Shown here piece by piece: positions 29,298 through 38,198 of a DNA stretch of 64,000 bases; the first letter of the stretch is position 1; each line of letters opens with the position of its first letter. The notes beneath the pieces are model-generated. The model did not search any database. It worked only from the letters and a program-made list of their open reading frames with translations, and was not told the origin of the DNA. The DNA is from an uncultured Acidobacteriota bacterium. GTDB lineage: Bacteria > Acidobacteriota > Thermoanaerobaculia > Gp7-AA8. The stretch is from NCBI GenBank assembly GCA_963741955.1, contig CAVUKB010000004.1:416001-480000 (forward strand), given 5' to 3'. Both the position numbers and the translations under genes were made by a program.

Positions 29298-30893
29298 ATG
29301 CCCCGGACCCCGCTGTTCCGTCTCCTCGGACGCGCTCTGCGCGAGGCGCAGGCGGCGAACCACCTCGGCATGAGCAGCAGCGAGATGGTCGACGGCCGTC
29401 GCGTCCATCGCGTCGACCGTCGCGAGTTCCTTGCGGTCACTGCCGCGGCAACAGCAGGTCTGGCCCTAAGCGGCTGCAAGACGGCCGCACCGGTGGAGCC
29501 GCCAGCAGACGAAGGCGACCCGGTTCTCATTGTCGGAGCCGGCATCGCCGGTCTCACCGCGGCGTACCGGCTCGGGCAGAAGGGCATTCCGGCTCGGGTG
29601 ATCGAAGCCCAAAGCCGCGTCGGCGGCCGCATGTACAGCATCCGCAACTTCTTCGCCGACGGACAGGTGGCGGAGCTCGGGGGAGAGCTGATCGACACGA
29701 ACCATACCGAGATCAGGAACCTCGCCGCGGAGCTCGGGATCGCGCTGGACGACCTCTCGCTCGAGTCTCCCGGAATTCACGCCGACATCTTCTATTTCGA
29801 CGGGGCGGTGCGCACGGAGGAGGAGGTGGTCGAGGCATTCCAGCCGATCGCGGCGATGATCGAGAGGGATCTCGCGACGCTGACTGGCGACGACGTCACG
29901 TACCGCGCTCCGAGCAACGCCGAGGCGCTCGACCGGAGGACCATCGCGCAGTGGCTCGACCAGAACGGAGTGAGCGGATGGATCCGAACGCTGCTCGATG
30001 TCGGATACACCACTGAATTCGGACTGGAGCTCGACGAGCAGTCGTCGCTCAATCTCCTCACCATGATCGACACGAACCCCGATCCATTTCACATCTTCGG
30101 CGAGAGCGACGAGCGCTTCCACACTCATGACGGGAACGACACTATCCCCACCGCACTCGCACGCCGGCTGGAGCGCGACGTGGAGACGAACACGTTTCTC
30201 GAGTCGCTGTCCGAGCGTGCGGACGGCTCATTTCTCGCTTCGGTGCGCCGGAATGGATCGAGCACCACGATCCGCGCTCCGCAGGTGGTGCTCGCGATTC
30301 CGTTCACCATCCTCCGCGATGTGCGGATCGACGTGGAACTGCCACCCGCAAAGGAGGCCGCGATCGCAACCCTCGGATACGGTACGAATGCGAAGGTGAT
30401 GGTGGGATTCGAACGGCGCGTCTGGCGCGACGAGTACGGGTCGAACGGGAGCGTGCTCACCGATCTCGCGTTCCAGCTCTCATGGGAGACGAGCCGGAAG
30501 CAGGAGGGGCGGTCCGGAATCCTGACGAACTTCACCGGCGGAAGACACGGCGTGGAGGTGGGGGAAGGAACGGATGCGGAACAGGCGCGGAAGTTCGCGG
30601 AGGATCTCGATCGCGTTTTTCCCGGGATCGCCGCAGCCCGCGGTGATTCGAAGGCAGTTCGCTTCCATTGGCCGACGTTCCGTTTGACGCGTGGGAGCTA
30701 CGCGACGTACCGTCCGGGGCAATGGACGACACTGCGGGGCGCGGAGGGAGAAGCGGTTCGCAATCTCTTCTTCGCCGGCGAGCACTGCTCGCTCGAGTTT
30801 CAGGGGTTTATGCAGGGCGGCTGCGAAACCGGAGAAGCGGCGGCGCGCGCAGTCGCGGCTGCGCGGGGAGTTGCTGCGCGAGGCGTCGCGTGA
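29298..30893 (+). CDS. flavin monoamine oxidase family protein with Tat/lipoprotein-like signal
   Basis: VGAGIAGLTAA, RVGGR, ELGGE and FFAGEH..GFMQGG motifs; DRREFL..LSGC; AGGAGG RBS. Confidence 0.9.
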   Translation: MPRTPLFRLLGRALREAQAANHLGMSSSEMVDGRRVHRVDRREFLAVTAAATAGLALSGCKTAAPVEPPADEGDPVLIVGAGIAGLTAAYRLGQKGIPARVIEAQSRVGGRMYSIRNFFADGQVAELGGELIDTNHTEIRNLAAELGIALDDLSLESPGIHADIFYFDGAVRTEEEVVEAFQPIAAMIERDLATLTGDDVTYRAPSNAEALDRRTIAQWLDQNGVSGWIRTLLDVGYTTEFGLELDEQSSLNLLTMIDTNPDPFHIFGESDERFHTHDGNDTIPTALARRLERDVETNTFLESLSERADGSFLASVRRNGSSTTIRAPQVVLAIPFTILRDVRIDVELPPAKEAAIATLGYGTNAKVMVGFERRVWRDEYGSNGSVLTDLAFQLSWETSRKQEGRSGILTNFTGGRHGVEVGEGTDAEQARKFAEDLDRVFPGIAAARGDSKAVRFHWPTFRLTRGSYATYRPGQWTTLRGAEGEAVRNLFFAGEHCSLEFQGFMQGGCETGEAAARAVAAARGVAARGVA

Positions 30894-30898
30894 AGCGC

Positions 30899-31225
30899 AG
30901 TGCCGCCCCCTGACGGGGCTCGCACTGATTCGAGCACGCGCGGCCCCGTGCTCTTATGGGCCTGGCTGAACAAAGTGGCACCCCTTCGGGCGCGTGCCGT
31001 GGCGTCTGCAAATCGCGCAAATGAAATGGTCATCGAAGCCGCGGTCCGCTCGTTCACCGCGGTCGTTCCTGCGGACGACGCCCGGCAGGATTATGGCAAA
31101 TCGCGCAAATGAGATCGTTCTCGAAGCCCCAGCCCTTTCCCTCACCGCACCCATTGCTGCCGTACGCGCCCGCACGACCTATGGCAAATCTGGAACGCGC
31201 CCGACCGAGGGATGGCAAATCGCGA
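30899..31225. repeat. third copy of the composite REP + 88-bp repeat
   Basis: AGTGCCGCCCCCTGACGGGGCTC; cores at 31008, 31096 and 31184 (88-bp period) and at 31215. Confidence 0.8.
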
Positions 31226-31242
31226 GCGACCTTCGTGCGCCG

Positions 31243-32328
31243 TCAGCCGTGCCGGATCTCCATGATGTCGCCGTCGCGGACTTCATAATGCTTTCCTTCC
31301 AGTCGCCAGTGGCCGACTTCCTTCGCTTTTGCGAACGAGCCGTCCGCGGCGATGAAGTCGTCGTAGTGCACCACTTCGGCGCGGATGAAACGGTCGTAGA
31401 AGTCGGAGTGGATCACCCCGGCCGCATCCTGTGCGGTCATCCCGTCGCGGATGGTCCAGGCGCGGCATTCGTCTTCACCGACGGTGAGGAACGAGCGGAG
31501 CCCGAGGAGTGCGTAGGCCTCGCGGATCAGAGTGTCGAGCGCGGACTCGCGGATCCCGTACTCGTCCATGAACATCCGCGCGTCCTCGTTCGAGAGCTGC
31601 GAGATCTCCATGTCGATTTTTCCGAAGAATGCGGAGACGCGCGTCCGCAGCCCCGCTTTCGCACCGGCCACGCGGGCCACTTCATCCGCCATGATCTCCT
31701 GCTGGCTCTCGTCGAGGTTGAGAGCGATCAGCATCGGCTTGAGTGAAAGGAGCTGGTACGTCTTGAGGAGCTGCAGCTCTTCGGGTGAGAACTCCTCGTT
31801 GCGAAGGACCTTCTCGTCCTGAAGTGCGGCGAGACATCGCTCCAGTACCGGAAGCTCGCGTTTCGCGATGTCGTCCTGCGCGCGGCCGAGCTGTTTGTGG
31901 ATCCGCTCGATCCGCGGCTCGACGACCGCCATGTCGGCGAGGATGAATTCGGTGTCGAACGTTTCCACGTCGCGGAGCGGATCGATCTTCCCGTCGGGGT
32001 GGGGGACGGCGGGATCGTTGAAGAGGCGGACGACGTGAACCAGGGCGTCGTTGTTTTTCACCGCGGAGAGGAAGGACGTCGTGAACTGGGTGCTGCCGGC
32101 GCCGCCCTTTTTCAGCCCGACCGCGTCGACGAACTCGATCGTGGCGTGGACGGTCTTCTTCGGAGAGAAAATCTCGGAGCAGCGCTCGAGGCGCGGGTCC
32201 GGCACTTTCACCACCCCGACGTGCGCCTCCATCTTCGCCAGCGCCGCTTCGTCGAGATGAGTTCTGGTGACTGCCTGGAAGAGGGTCGATTTACCTGACG
32301 TGGGAAGCCCGACGATTCCGATCTGCAT
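31243..32328 (-). CDS. ychF: Obg-family ATPase YchF
   Basis: GLPTSGKST, VPDPRL, NLDE and TVGEDECRAWTI..AAGVIHSDF..FIRAEV motifs; start at MQIGIVG after GAGGAG. Confidence 0.9.
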   Translation of the reverse strand: MQIGIVGLPTSGKSTLFQAVTRTHLDEAALAKMEAHVGVVKVPDPRLERCSEIFSPKKTVHATIEFVDAVGLKKGGAGSTQFTTSFLSAVKNNDALVHVVRLFNDPAVPHPDGKIDPLRDVETFDTEFILADMAVVEPRIERIHKQLGRAQDDIAKRELPVLERCLAALQDEKVLRNEEFSPEELQLLKTYQLLSLKPMLIALNLDESQQEIMADEVARVAGAKAGLRTRVSAFFGKIDMEISQLSNEDARMFMDEYGIRESALDTLIREAYALLGLRSFLTVGEDECRAWTIRDGMTAQDAAGVIHSDFYDRFIRAEVVHYDDFIAADGSFAKAKEVGHWRLEGKHYEVRDGDIMEIRHG

Positions 32329-32441
32329 GGGACGATCTCCTCGATATTCAGATACGCGATTGCCGTGCAGTCCAACCCTATCGCATTCCGGGGGTGGAGG
32401 GTGAATCCGGAGCGCGCGTGGCTCGCGGCGACGCAGGACAC

Positions 32442-33056
32442 TCAGTGCATCCGGATGGCGGTCACCAGCTGCCAGACGCCGATCGCAGCGAGGGCCGCGG
32501 CGGACATGGCCATCAGGATACGGCGGGCGCGGGGGCCGAGAATGTGCGCGGTTCCGAACAGAAAGATGATCGCGGCGAGCGAGACGAGCATGGTGAGGTA
32601 GAACGCCGCGACGAGAGCGACTCCGTTCGATGGCGCGCGATGCCACGCGGCGATGATCAACGGCCCGAGGACCAGGCTCCATCCGAGCCAGGCATTCGGA
32701 TTGAGGAAGTTGACGGTCGCCGCCTCGAGGACGGTTCGGGGAGCCGAAGAGGTGGCCGTCGCGTCGAGAGCAGCGGCGGGCTTTCGGAGATCGCGCAGAG
32801 TCATCACCGTGAGGTAGAGGAGGAAGAATCCTCCTGCGAATCGAAGCCCTCGCTGCATCGTGAGGGTCAGGTGTTGAATGACGGTGAGGACGATGATCGC
32901 GATCGGGCCGTCACTGACCAGCGGCGAGAGTGCGGCCGGCATGGTGGCCCGCCATCCGCGGCTCGCTGCGCGCGAGAGAAGGAACGCGAGGAGCGGCCCC
33001 GGCTGAACGGCGGCGGCGAAAGCGAATCCGGTGCCGATGAGGATCGATTCGAGCAT
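32442..33056 (-). CDS. LysE family translocator
   Basis: QPGP, SDGP and NFLNPNAW motifs; multiple transmembrane segments. Confidence 0.85.
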   Translation of the reverse strand: MLESILIGTGFAFAAAVQPGPLLAFLLSRAASRGWRATMPAALSPLVSDGPIAIIVLTVIQHLTLTMQRGLRFAGGFFLLYLTVMTLRDLRKPAAALDATATSSAPRTVLEAATVNFLNPNAWLGWSLVLGPLIIAAWHRAPSNGVALVAAFYLTMLVSLAAIIFLFGTAHILGPRARRILMAMSAAALAAIGVWQLVTAIRMH

Positions 33057-33257
33057 GGGCGAGAGACCGCGACGGCGGCGGAGGGATTGTAGCGCCGGCC
33101 CGGATTATTCACGAGATTTCGTCGCTTCGCAGCAGAAGTCCCGTGAATGATCCGGGGTGGTGAGTCTTCGCGCGCCGTGCCTCCAGCATGAATTCACCCG
33201 AAGCTCCAAGGCGTGACGCGGGAGTTTTACACGGAGGCGCGGTTCATCGGACGCGGC

Positions 33258-34265
33258 TCACTCTTTCCGGCTGATCTTCGCCGTGGTGATGTGCCAGCGA
33301 CGCTGGGCGGGAGTGGAGCCCTCGATCACGGTGCGCCGCATCGTGTAGCTGCCGCGGAAATGCTGCGTTTCGCCCTCTTTTGTCGTGGCGGTGATCTCCA
33401 CCGGAATGCCGACGTAGCGTGAGCCGGCCGCTCCCTCCACGCGGCCGGGCGGGCCGGTCACCACAGCCGTCCTGGCCGTGCTCGCGAATCCGCTTCGGAA
33501 CTGGTCGAGCGTCTTCCCGCTGGCCTGTCCCGAATTACCCCAGTCGTGGTACGCAGTCTCGTAATCACCGCGGCCGATCGCGGCATAGTAGGACTCGACC
33601 ACCGCGGCCGCTCCGAGCGCATCGCCGCCGGAGGGAGTGCGGGGAGCGGAGCTCCACCAGCCGGAGATTTTCCATCCGTCGCCGGTGTGATCGAGCTCGA
33701 TCGCGACCGGCACTCGATCGACCGGTGCGCCGCCGCCTGCGCTGGAGACTTCCACCACGTCTCCGAAGAGGAGTGTTCGATCGGCACCGGATCGGTTTCG
33801 ATCGGTCCGAAGGATGTCGATGTGATCGGGCCACGGACTCGACGTGAGCCGGCCGGGAGCCTCTCCGGGATCGGTAATCCATCGGTTCAGGAGATCCGGG
33901 GTCACCAGCGCGCCGTACTCTTTCCGGATCGACGTACGAAGAGTCTCGGGAGGAGCGAGGAGGGAGACCTTCGCGAGCTTCCGCCCGAACGCGCGCACCG
34001 TCTGTTCCACTTCGTCCGGTGGTGTTTCCGTCGACGTGGCGGTCGCGGGAGCGGAGGATTGCACTGGAGCGGTCGTCGTCGATGGCGGCGCGGGGCGGGC
34101 GGTCGTCTCCGGCTGCCCGGCGGGAGATTCAGGTACGCTGGAGGAGCCTGCGCCGGCTCCGCATGCGATCGCGGAGAGAATCCCAGCCGCGAGCAGCACC
34201 TCGATGAGCGTGAGGGAGATGGATCTGCATGCTGTCTTTGCGGCCGGTCTCGCGCGATCTCGCAT
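33258..34265 (-). CDS. putative lipoprotein, hypothetical
   Basis: GAGGAG RBS, hydrophobic segment ending in AIAC, Pro/Thr/Ala linker, two NTF2-like-looking domains (VVESYYAAI..DYETAY). Confidence 0.7.
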   Translation of the reverse strand: MRDRARPAAKTACRSISLTLIEVLLAAGILSAIACGAGAGSSSVPESPAGQPETTARPAPPSTTTAPVQSSAPATATSTETPPDEVEQTVRAFGRKLAKVSLLAPPETLRTSIRKEYGALVTPDLLNRWITDPGEAPGRLTSSPWPDHIDILRTDRNRSGADRTLLFGDVVEVSSAGGGAPVDRVPVAIELDHTGDGWKISGWWSSAPRTPSGGDALGAAAVVESYYAAIGRGDYETAYHDWGNSGQASGKTLDQFRSGFASTARTAVVTGPPGRVEGAAGSRYVGIPVEITATTKEGETQHFRGSYTMRRTVIEGSTPAQRRWHITTAKISRKE

Positions 34266-34370
34266 CGGATCTCCTCATGAATGGTTGCGGGTCTCTTTCA
34301 TTTGCGCCGGGCGGAAAGAGTGCAAGGAGCGTGCGGAACCGGCGGTTGGTCCGGAGCCGGATCGATGCGC

Positions 34371-35507
34371 TCAGTCGTGATACTTGTTCGCGCCGGTATT
34401 GAAGAGAACGATGGTCTCGTCTATGCGGATCTCTCCGCGCTCGACGAGGATCCGAAGCCCGGCCAGAACGGCGCCTCCTTCGGGACCGGCGTCGATTCCG
34501 TCGCGGGTGCGGATCTCGGCGGCGGCGGGCTCGATCGCGTTCTCGGGAACCGCGACGGCACCACCGTTCGACGCGCGCAGTGCGCGCAACATCAGCCGGT
34601 CGCCGACCGCTCGCGGGACGCGCAGTCCCCAGGCCGACGTGTTCGGTGACTCCCATGCAGGCGCATGGTCGAGCCCTTCTTCGAATGCGCGGACGATCGG
34701 GGCACAACCTGCAGACTGCACGGAATACATGCGCGGCCGCTCGGATCCGATCCAGCCGAGTTGCTCCATCTCGTCGAAGGCCTTCCACATTCCGATCAGG
34801 CCGGTACCTCCGCCGGTCGGATAGAGGATCGCGTCGGGGAGCCTGCCGAGGTCGTCGAGAAGCTCGTAGCCCATGGTCTTCTTTCCTTCGACCCGGTAGG
34901 GTTCCTTGAGGGTCGAGAGGTCGAAACCACCACTGCGGGCGATGAACTGCTGGACCTTCTTCGCCGCGTCGGTGATCACGCCCTGGACCAGCTCGACCTC
35001 CGCGCCATAGCTGCGGCACTCGTCGACGATCGATCGGGGCGTGTCGACGGGCATGGCGACGTAGACCGGAAGGGAAGCGCGTGCTCCATATGCGGAGAGC
35101 GCGCACCCGGCGTTTCCTGCGGTGGGAGCGGCGAGACTCTTCGCGCCGAGGTGCCTGGCCATGGTCACGGCGGCAGACATCCCGCGGGATTTGAACGAGC
35201 GGGTCGGATTCTGCGACTCGTCCTTGTAGAAGAGGTGCGCGAATCCTTCATCGCCGGCGATGGCCATGGAAGGAAGGAGCGGCGTGACGCCCTCTCCGAG
35301 CGAGACGATCCCGGTCTGATCCCGCATCGGCATCAGCTCGGCGAATCGCCACATGGTGGCGGGCCGCGTCCGCACCTCGTCGCGCAGTGACGGAGCGGGG
35401 GAGAGATCGTATCGGACGAGGATCGGCGCACTGCATTCGGGGCAGAGCCCGTACAGCGCATCGATCGGTGACGACCAGCTGCATTCGGAGCAGTGGAGAT
35501 CGGGCAT
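34371..35507 (-). CDS. thrC: threonine synthase
   Basis: N-terminal CxxC..CxxC; SLGEG.TPL, NPTRSFKSRG, PYRVEGKKTMG and YPTGGG motifs. Confidence 0.88.
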   Translation of the reverse strand: MPDLHCSECSWSSPIDALYGLCPECSAPILVRYDLSPAPSLRDEVRTRPATMWRFAELMPMRDQTGIVSLGEGVTPLLPSMAIAGDEGFAHLFYKDESQNPTRSFKSRGMSAAVTMARHLGAKSLAAPTAGNAGCALSAYGARASLPVYVAMPVDTPRSIVDECRSYGAEVELVQGVITDAAKKVQQFIARSGGFDLSTLKEPYRVEGKKTMGYELLDDLGRLPDAILYPTGGGTGLIGMWKAFDEMEQLGWIGSERPRMYSVQSAGCAPIVRAFEEGLDHAPAWESPNTSAWGLRVPRAVGDRLMLRALRASNGGAVAVPENAIEPAAAEIRTRDGIDAGPEGGAVLAGLRILVERGEIRIDETIVLFNTGANKYHD

Positions 35508-35608
35508 GGTGTGCCTCCCGTGGCGGGTCGAGTCGGGGATGAGGGATGAGGTGGACGCCAACTGGCGTGGCGTCCACCTCTGGATGCTCAGTGAGGTGAA
35601 TCCGGAGC

Positions 35609-36400
35609 TTACTGGGCCTGTTTCTTCGCGTCGGAAGCGGCTTTGTCGAGCTTCTGCTCGAATTCGTTCACTTCCTTCTTCGATTCTTCTTCGTTGCCGC
35701 TCCACTTGGTCATTTCTGCGGCGAGGGCATTGAGCTCGTTGTCGTACTTGTTCAGGAGCTGCCGGTTATACACCACTGCCGGGTCGGGCTTCTCCTGTTC
35801 GCTCCGGGCGTCCTCCCTGTTCTTGTCGTACTGAGCGAGCATGTCGGCGTACATCTTCCTGGTGGTGTCGTCCTTCGCCTCGTCGTAGGCCTTCTTCATC
35901 TGCTGATAGGCCGAATCCGCCATGGCGGACGTTGCCTGCTGCAGCTTCTCCTGCATGGCATAGGTGGAGACTGCGAGGACCTGACCCTTCACCCACTGGT
36001 ATTCGGCGGTGTTGTAGCCGAGGTCCTTGGCGGCGCGGAGGTCGGCGGTTGCGATGTCGGCAACGGATCCGAGACCCTTGAACGCTTCCATCATTCCGGA
36101 GATCGATTTTTCCCCGCTCTCTTTCGCCTTCTGCTCGTGCTCGGCAAGCTCCTTGTGAGCGACCTTCGCGATCTCCTTCTCGTGTTCGCGGACCTTCAGG
36201 TACATCTTGATCTGGGCATCGGTCAGTTTGCCGTCCGCGGGGGGATCGTACTTGTCATCGGCGATCTCCTTCATGAGATCGGTGGTGCCGCGCTTATCGA
36301 GATCGTGTGAGATCGCGGCTGCATCGAGGGCTTTTTTGGCCTTGCATCCGAACGTGAGAACGAGAAGCAGCGAGACTGCGACAACGGTAAGACGACGCAT
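35609..36400 (-). CDS. helical lipoprotein, hypothetical
   Basis: AGGAGG RBS; MRRLTVVAVSLLLVLTFGC lipobox; charged helical body. Confidence 0.8.
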   Translation of the reverse strand: MRRLTVVAVSLLLVLTFGCKAKKALDAAAISHDLDKRGTTDLMKEIADDKYDPPADGKLTDAQIKMYLKVREHEKEIAKVAHKELAEHEQKAKESGEKSISGMMEAFKGLGSVADIATADLRAAKDLGYNTAEYQWVKGQVLAVSTYAMQEKLQQATSAMADSAYQQMKKAYDEAKDDTTRKMYADMLAQYDKNREDARSEQEKPDPAVVYNRQLLNKYDNELNALAAEMTKWSGNEEESKKEVNEFEQKLDKAASDAKKQAQ

Positions 36401-36510
36401 GATTCCTCCTGGGAAATAATCGGTGATTCTGGCATCGAGCGGGTGGCCGCGCAATGGGATTGTCGATACGGAAGTGTGAGTCGGGATTCTCCAGCCGGGA
36501 GTGATGCGGG

Positions 36511-37707
36511 TCACGAACGATCGACGATTTTCCGGATGTCGGCCAGGGCCCGGGAAAGGACGTCCGCGATGGCCTTCTGATCGCGACGGAGGGCGTCGAG
36601 ATCCTGCCGGACGGCGGCGAGCTCCGCCGAGAGGGTTGCCGCGTCTTCGCTCGAGATTCCGCCCGGGGAAGCGGTTTCGCCGGTCTCGAAGGGGACGACG
36701 GTATCGTCGTGATCCGACTCGGGCTCGACGATCATCGCTTCGTCGAGAGCCTCGATCTCCTCGTCGGGCTCTTCAATGGTTTCCTCGTCGACTTCCTCGG
36801 CGGCCGGTTCCTCGAAAACTTCCTCGATCTGAACGGGAACGGGCACGTCGCCGCTCACGGTGGACGGACGATCGCGACCTTCGAGAAGCTGTTCGAGCGA
36901 GACTTCTTCCACCCTCTCGTACTCGCGTTCCATCGGCGTCTCTTCGGCCTGGGGAAAGGGGAGCGATTCCGCGAACGGACTCTCGAGGGGCTCCTGTTCC
37001 CCCTCCGACACGGCGGCGCCCACTGCGACCGGTTCCGGCTCGGCTTGCACCGGCTTCGGCTCGGAACGCTCTTTCTTCGTGGATTTCCGCAGTGGTTCGG
37101 GCTTGCTGCCGGACTTCGGTTTCAGCTTGTTGATCAGATGTTTCGCGGAGATCTTCGAGACGAGCTTGAAGGTTTCCATCACGCCGTCGCCATTGATGGC
37201 GGCAGCTTCGACGTAGGGATAGCCGTCGAACTCGAGCTTCTCCTGGAGATCATCCACCGGGAGGACTCCCGGGATGTCCCGCTTGTTGTACTGGATCACG
37301 ATCGGGATCTCGTTCGGGTCGATCTGGTTCTCTTCGAGATTCTCGAAGAGGTTCTGAAAGCTCTCCCGATTCGACTCGATCATGCTCGGTTGCGAGTCGG
37401 CTACGAAGACGACTGCGTCGGCTCCCTTCAGCACCAGCTTCCGCGTCTCGTTGTAGAACACCTGACCGGGGACGGTGTAGAGCTGGATCTTGAGACTGAA
37501 CGGTCCCACTTTTCCGATGTCGACCGGGAGGAGATCGAAGAAGAGAGTGCGGTCGGTCTTCGTGGCGAGGGAGAGCATCTTCCCGCGGTTCGACGGATCG
37601 AGCTTGTCGAAGATCACCAGCAGGTTCGTCGTCTTTCCGCACAGACCGGGACCGTAGTACACGATCTTGGCGGTCATTTCACGGGTGGCGTGATTGAACA
37701 GGACCAT
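36511..37707 (-). CDS. MglA-family small GTPase with long acidic C-terminal extension
   Basis: KIVYYGPGLCGKTTN, TDRTLFFD, LYTVPGQV and QYNKRD motifs, followed by ~200 aa of low-complexity acidic tail and a terminal coiled coil. Confidence 0.9.
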   Translation of the reverse strand: MVLFNHATREMTAKIVYYGPGLCGKTTNLLVIFDKLDPSNRGKMLSLATKTDRTLFFDLLPVDIGKVGPFSLKIQLYTVPGQVFYNETRKLVLKGADAVVFVADSQPSMIESNRESFQNLFENLEENQIDPNEIPIVIQYNKRDIPGVLPVDDLQEKLEFDGYPYVEAAAINGDGVMETFKLVSKISAKHLINKLKPKSGSKPEPLRKSTKKERSEPKPVQAEPEPVAVGAAVSEGEQEPLESPFAESLPFPQAEETPMEREYERVEEVSLEQLLEGRDRPSTVSGDVPVPVQIEEVFEEPAAEEVDEETIEEPDEEIEALDEAMIVEPESDHDDTVVPFETGETASPGGISSEDAATLSAELAAVRQDLDALRRDQKAIADVLSRALADIRKIVDRS

Positions 37708-37812
37708 CGCAGGAACCCTTCCAGTGGATTCGGATGAGACAGTATTACACATCGGGCACGAGCGTGCGAGTGGCGAGCGCGGTCGTGGCGATGCGAGCCC
37801 GGCGTGGTCCGC

Positions 37813-38091
37813 TCACGTGGTCGGGGCGAGGAGGACCACCGTCGCGCCCCATCCTCCACCGCCGGGGTCGGCGTCGTGGAATTCTTCGACCCAATCGAGG
37901 GAGGAGAGAAGGGAGCGGATGATCTCACGCTGCACTCCGATGCCGCGGCCGTGGATCAGGCGCACCTGCCGGTAGCCCTTCTCCCGCGCCGCGACGAGGT
38001 AATCGAGAGCGACCTCGCGGGAGTCGGAGGGGCGGAAAGAGTGGAGGTCGAGCACGTCACCGATCTCGATCCGGAATGGTTCTTCGTCCAT
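37813..38091 (-). CDS. stand-alone Smr domain protein
   Basis: LDLHSF, RLIHGRGIGV and GGWGATVV motifs; AAGGAG RBS. Confidence 0.88.
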   Translation of the reverse strand: MDEEPFRIEIGDVLDLHSFRPSDSREVALDYLVAAREKGYRQVRLIHGRGIGVQREIIRSLLSSLDWVEEFHDADPGGGGWGATVVLLAPTT

Positions 38092-38198
38092 TTGAGAGAT
38101 CTCCTTTCGAGAGCGACGGTTCGGGCCGCGTGCGAATTTCACCGCGGGTGATATTGTTACCGAGGCGTCCGAGCGGTAGAAGGAAATCAAGCCAGACT

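Noticed and set aside
28905-31225. 88-bp units as a CRISPR mini-array or as sigma54 promoters
   Set aside because: Inter-core sequences are homologous to each other rather than unique spacers. The GG-to-GC spacing in TGGCAAATCGCGC is 2 nt short of the -24/-12 consensus.
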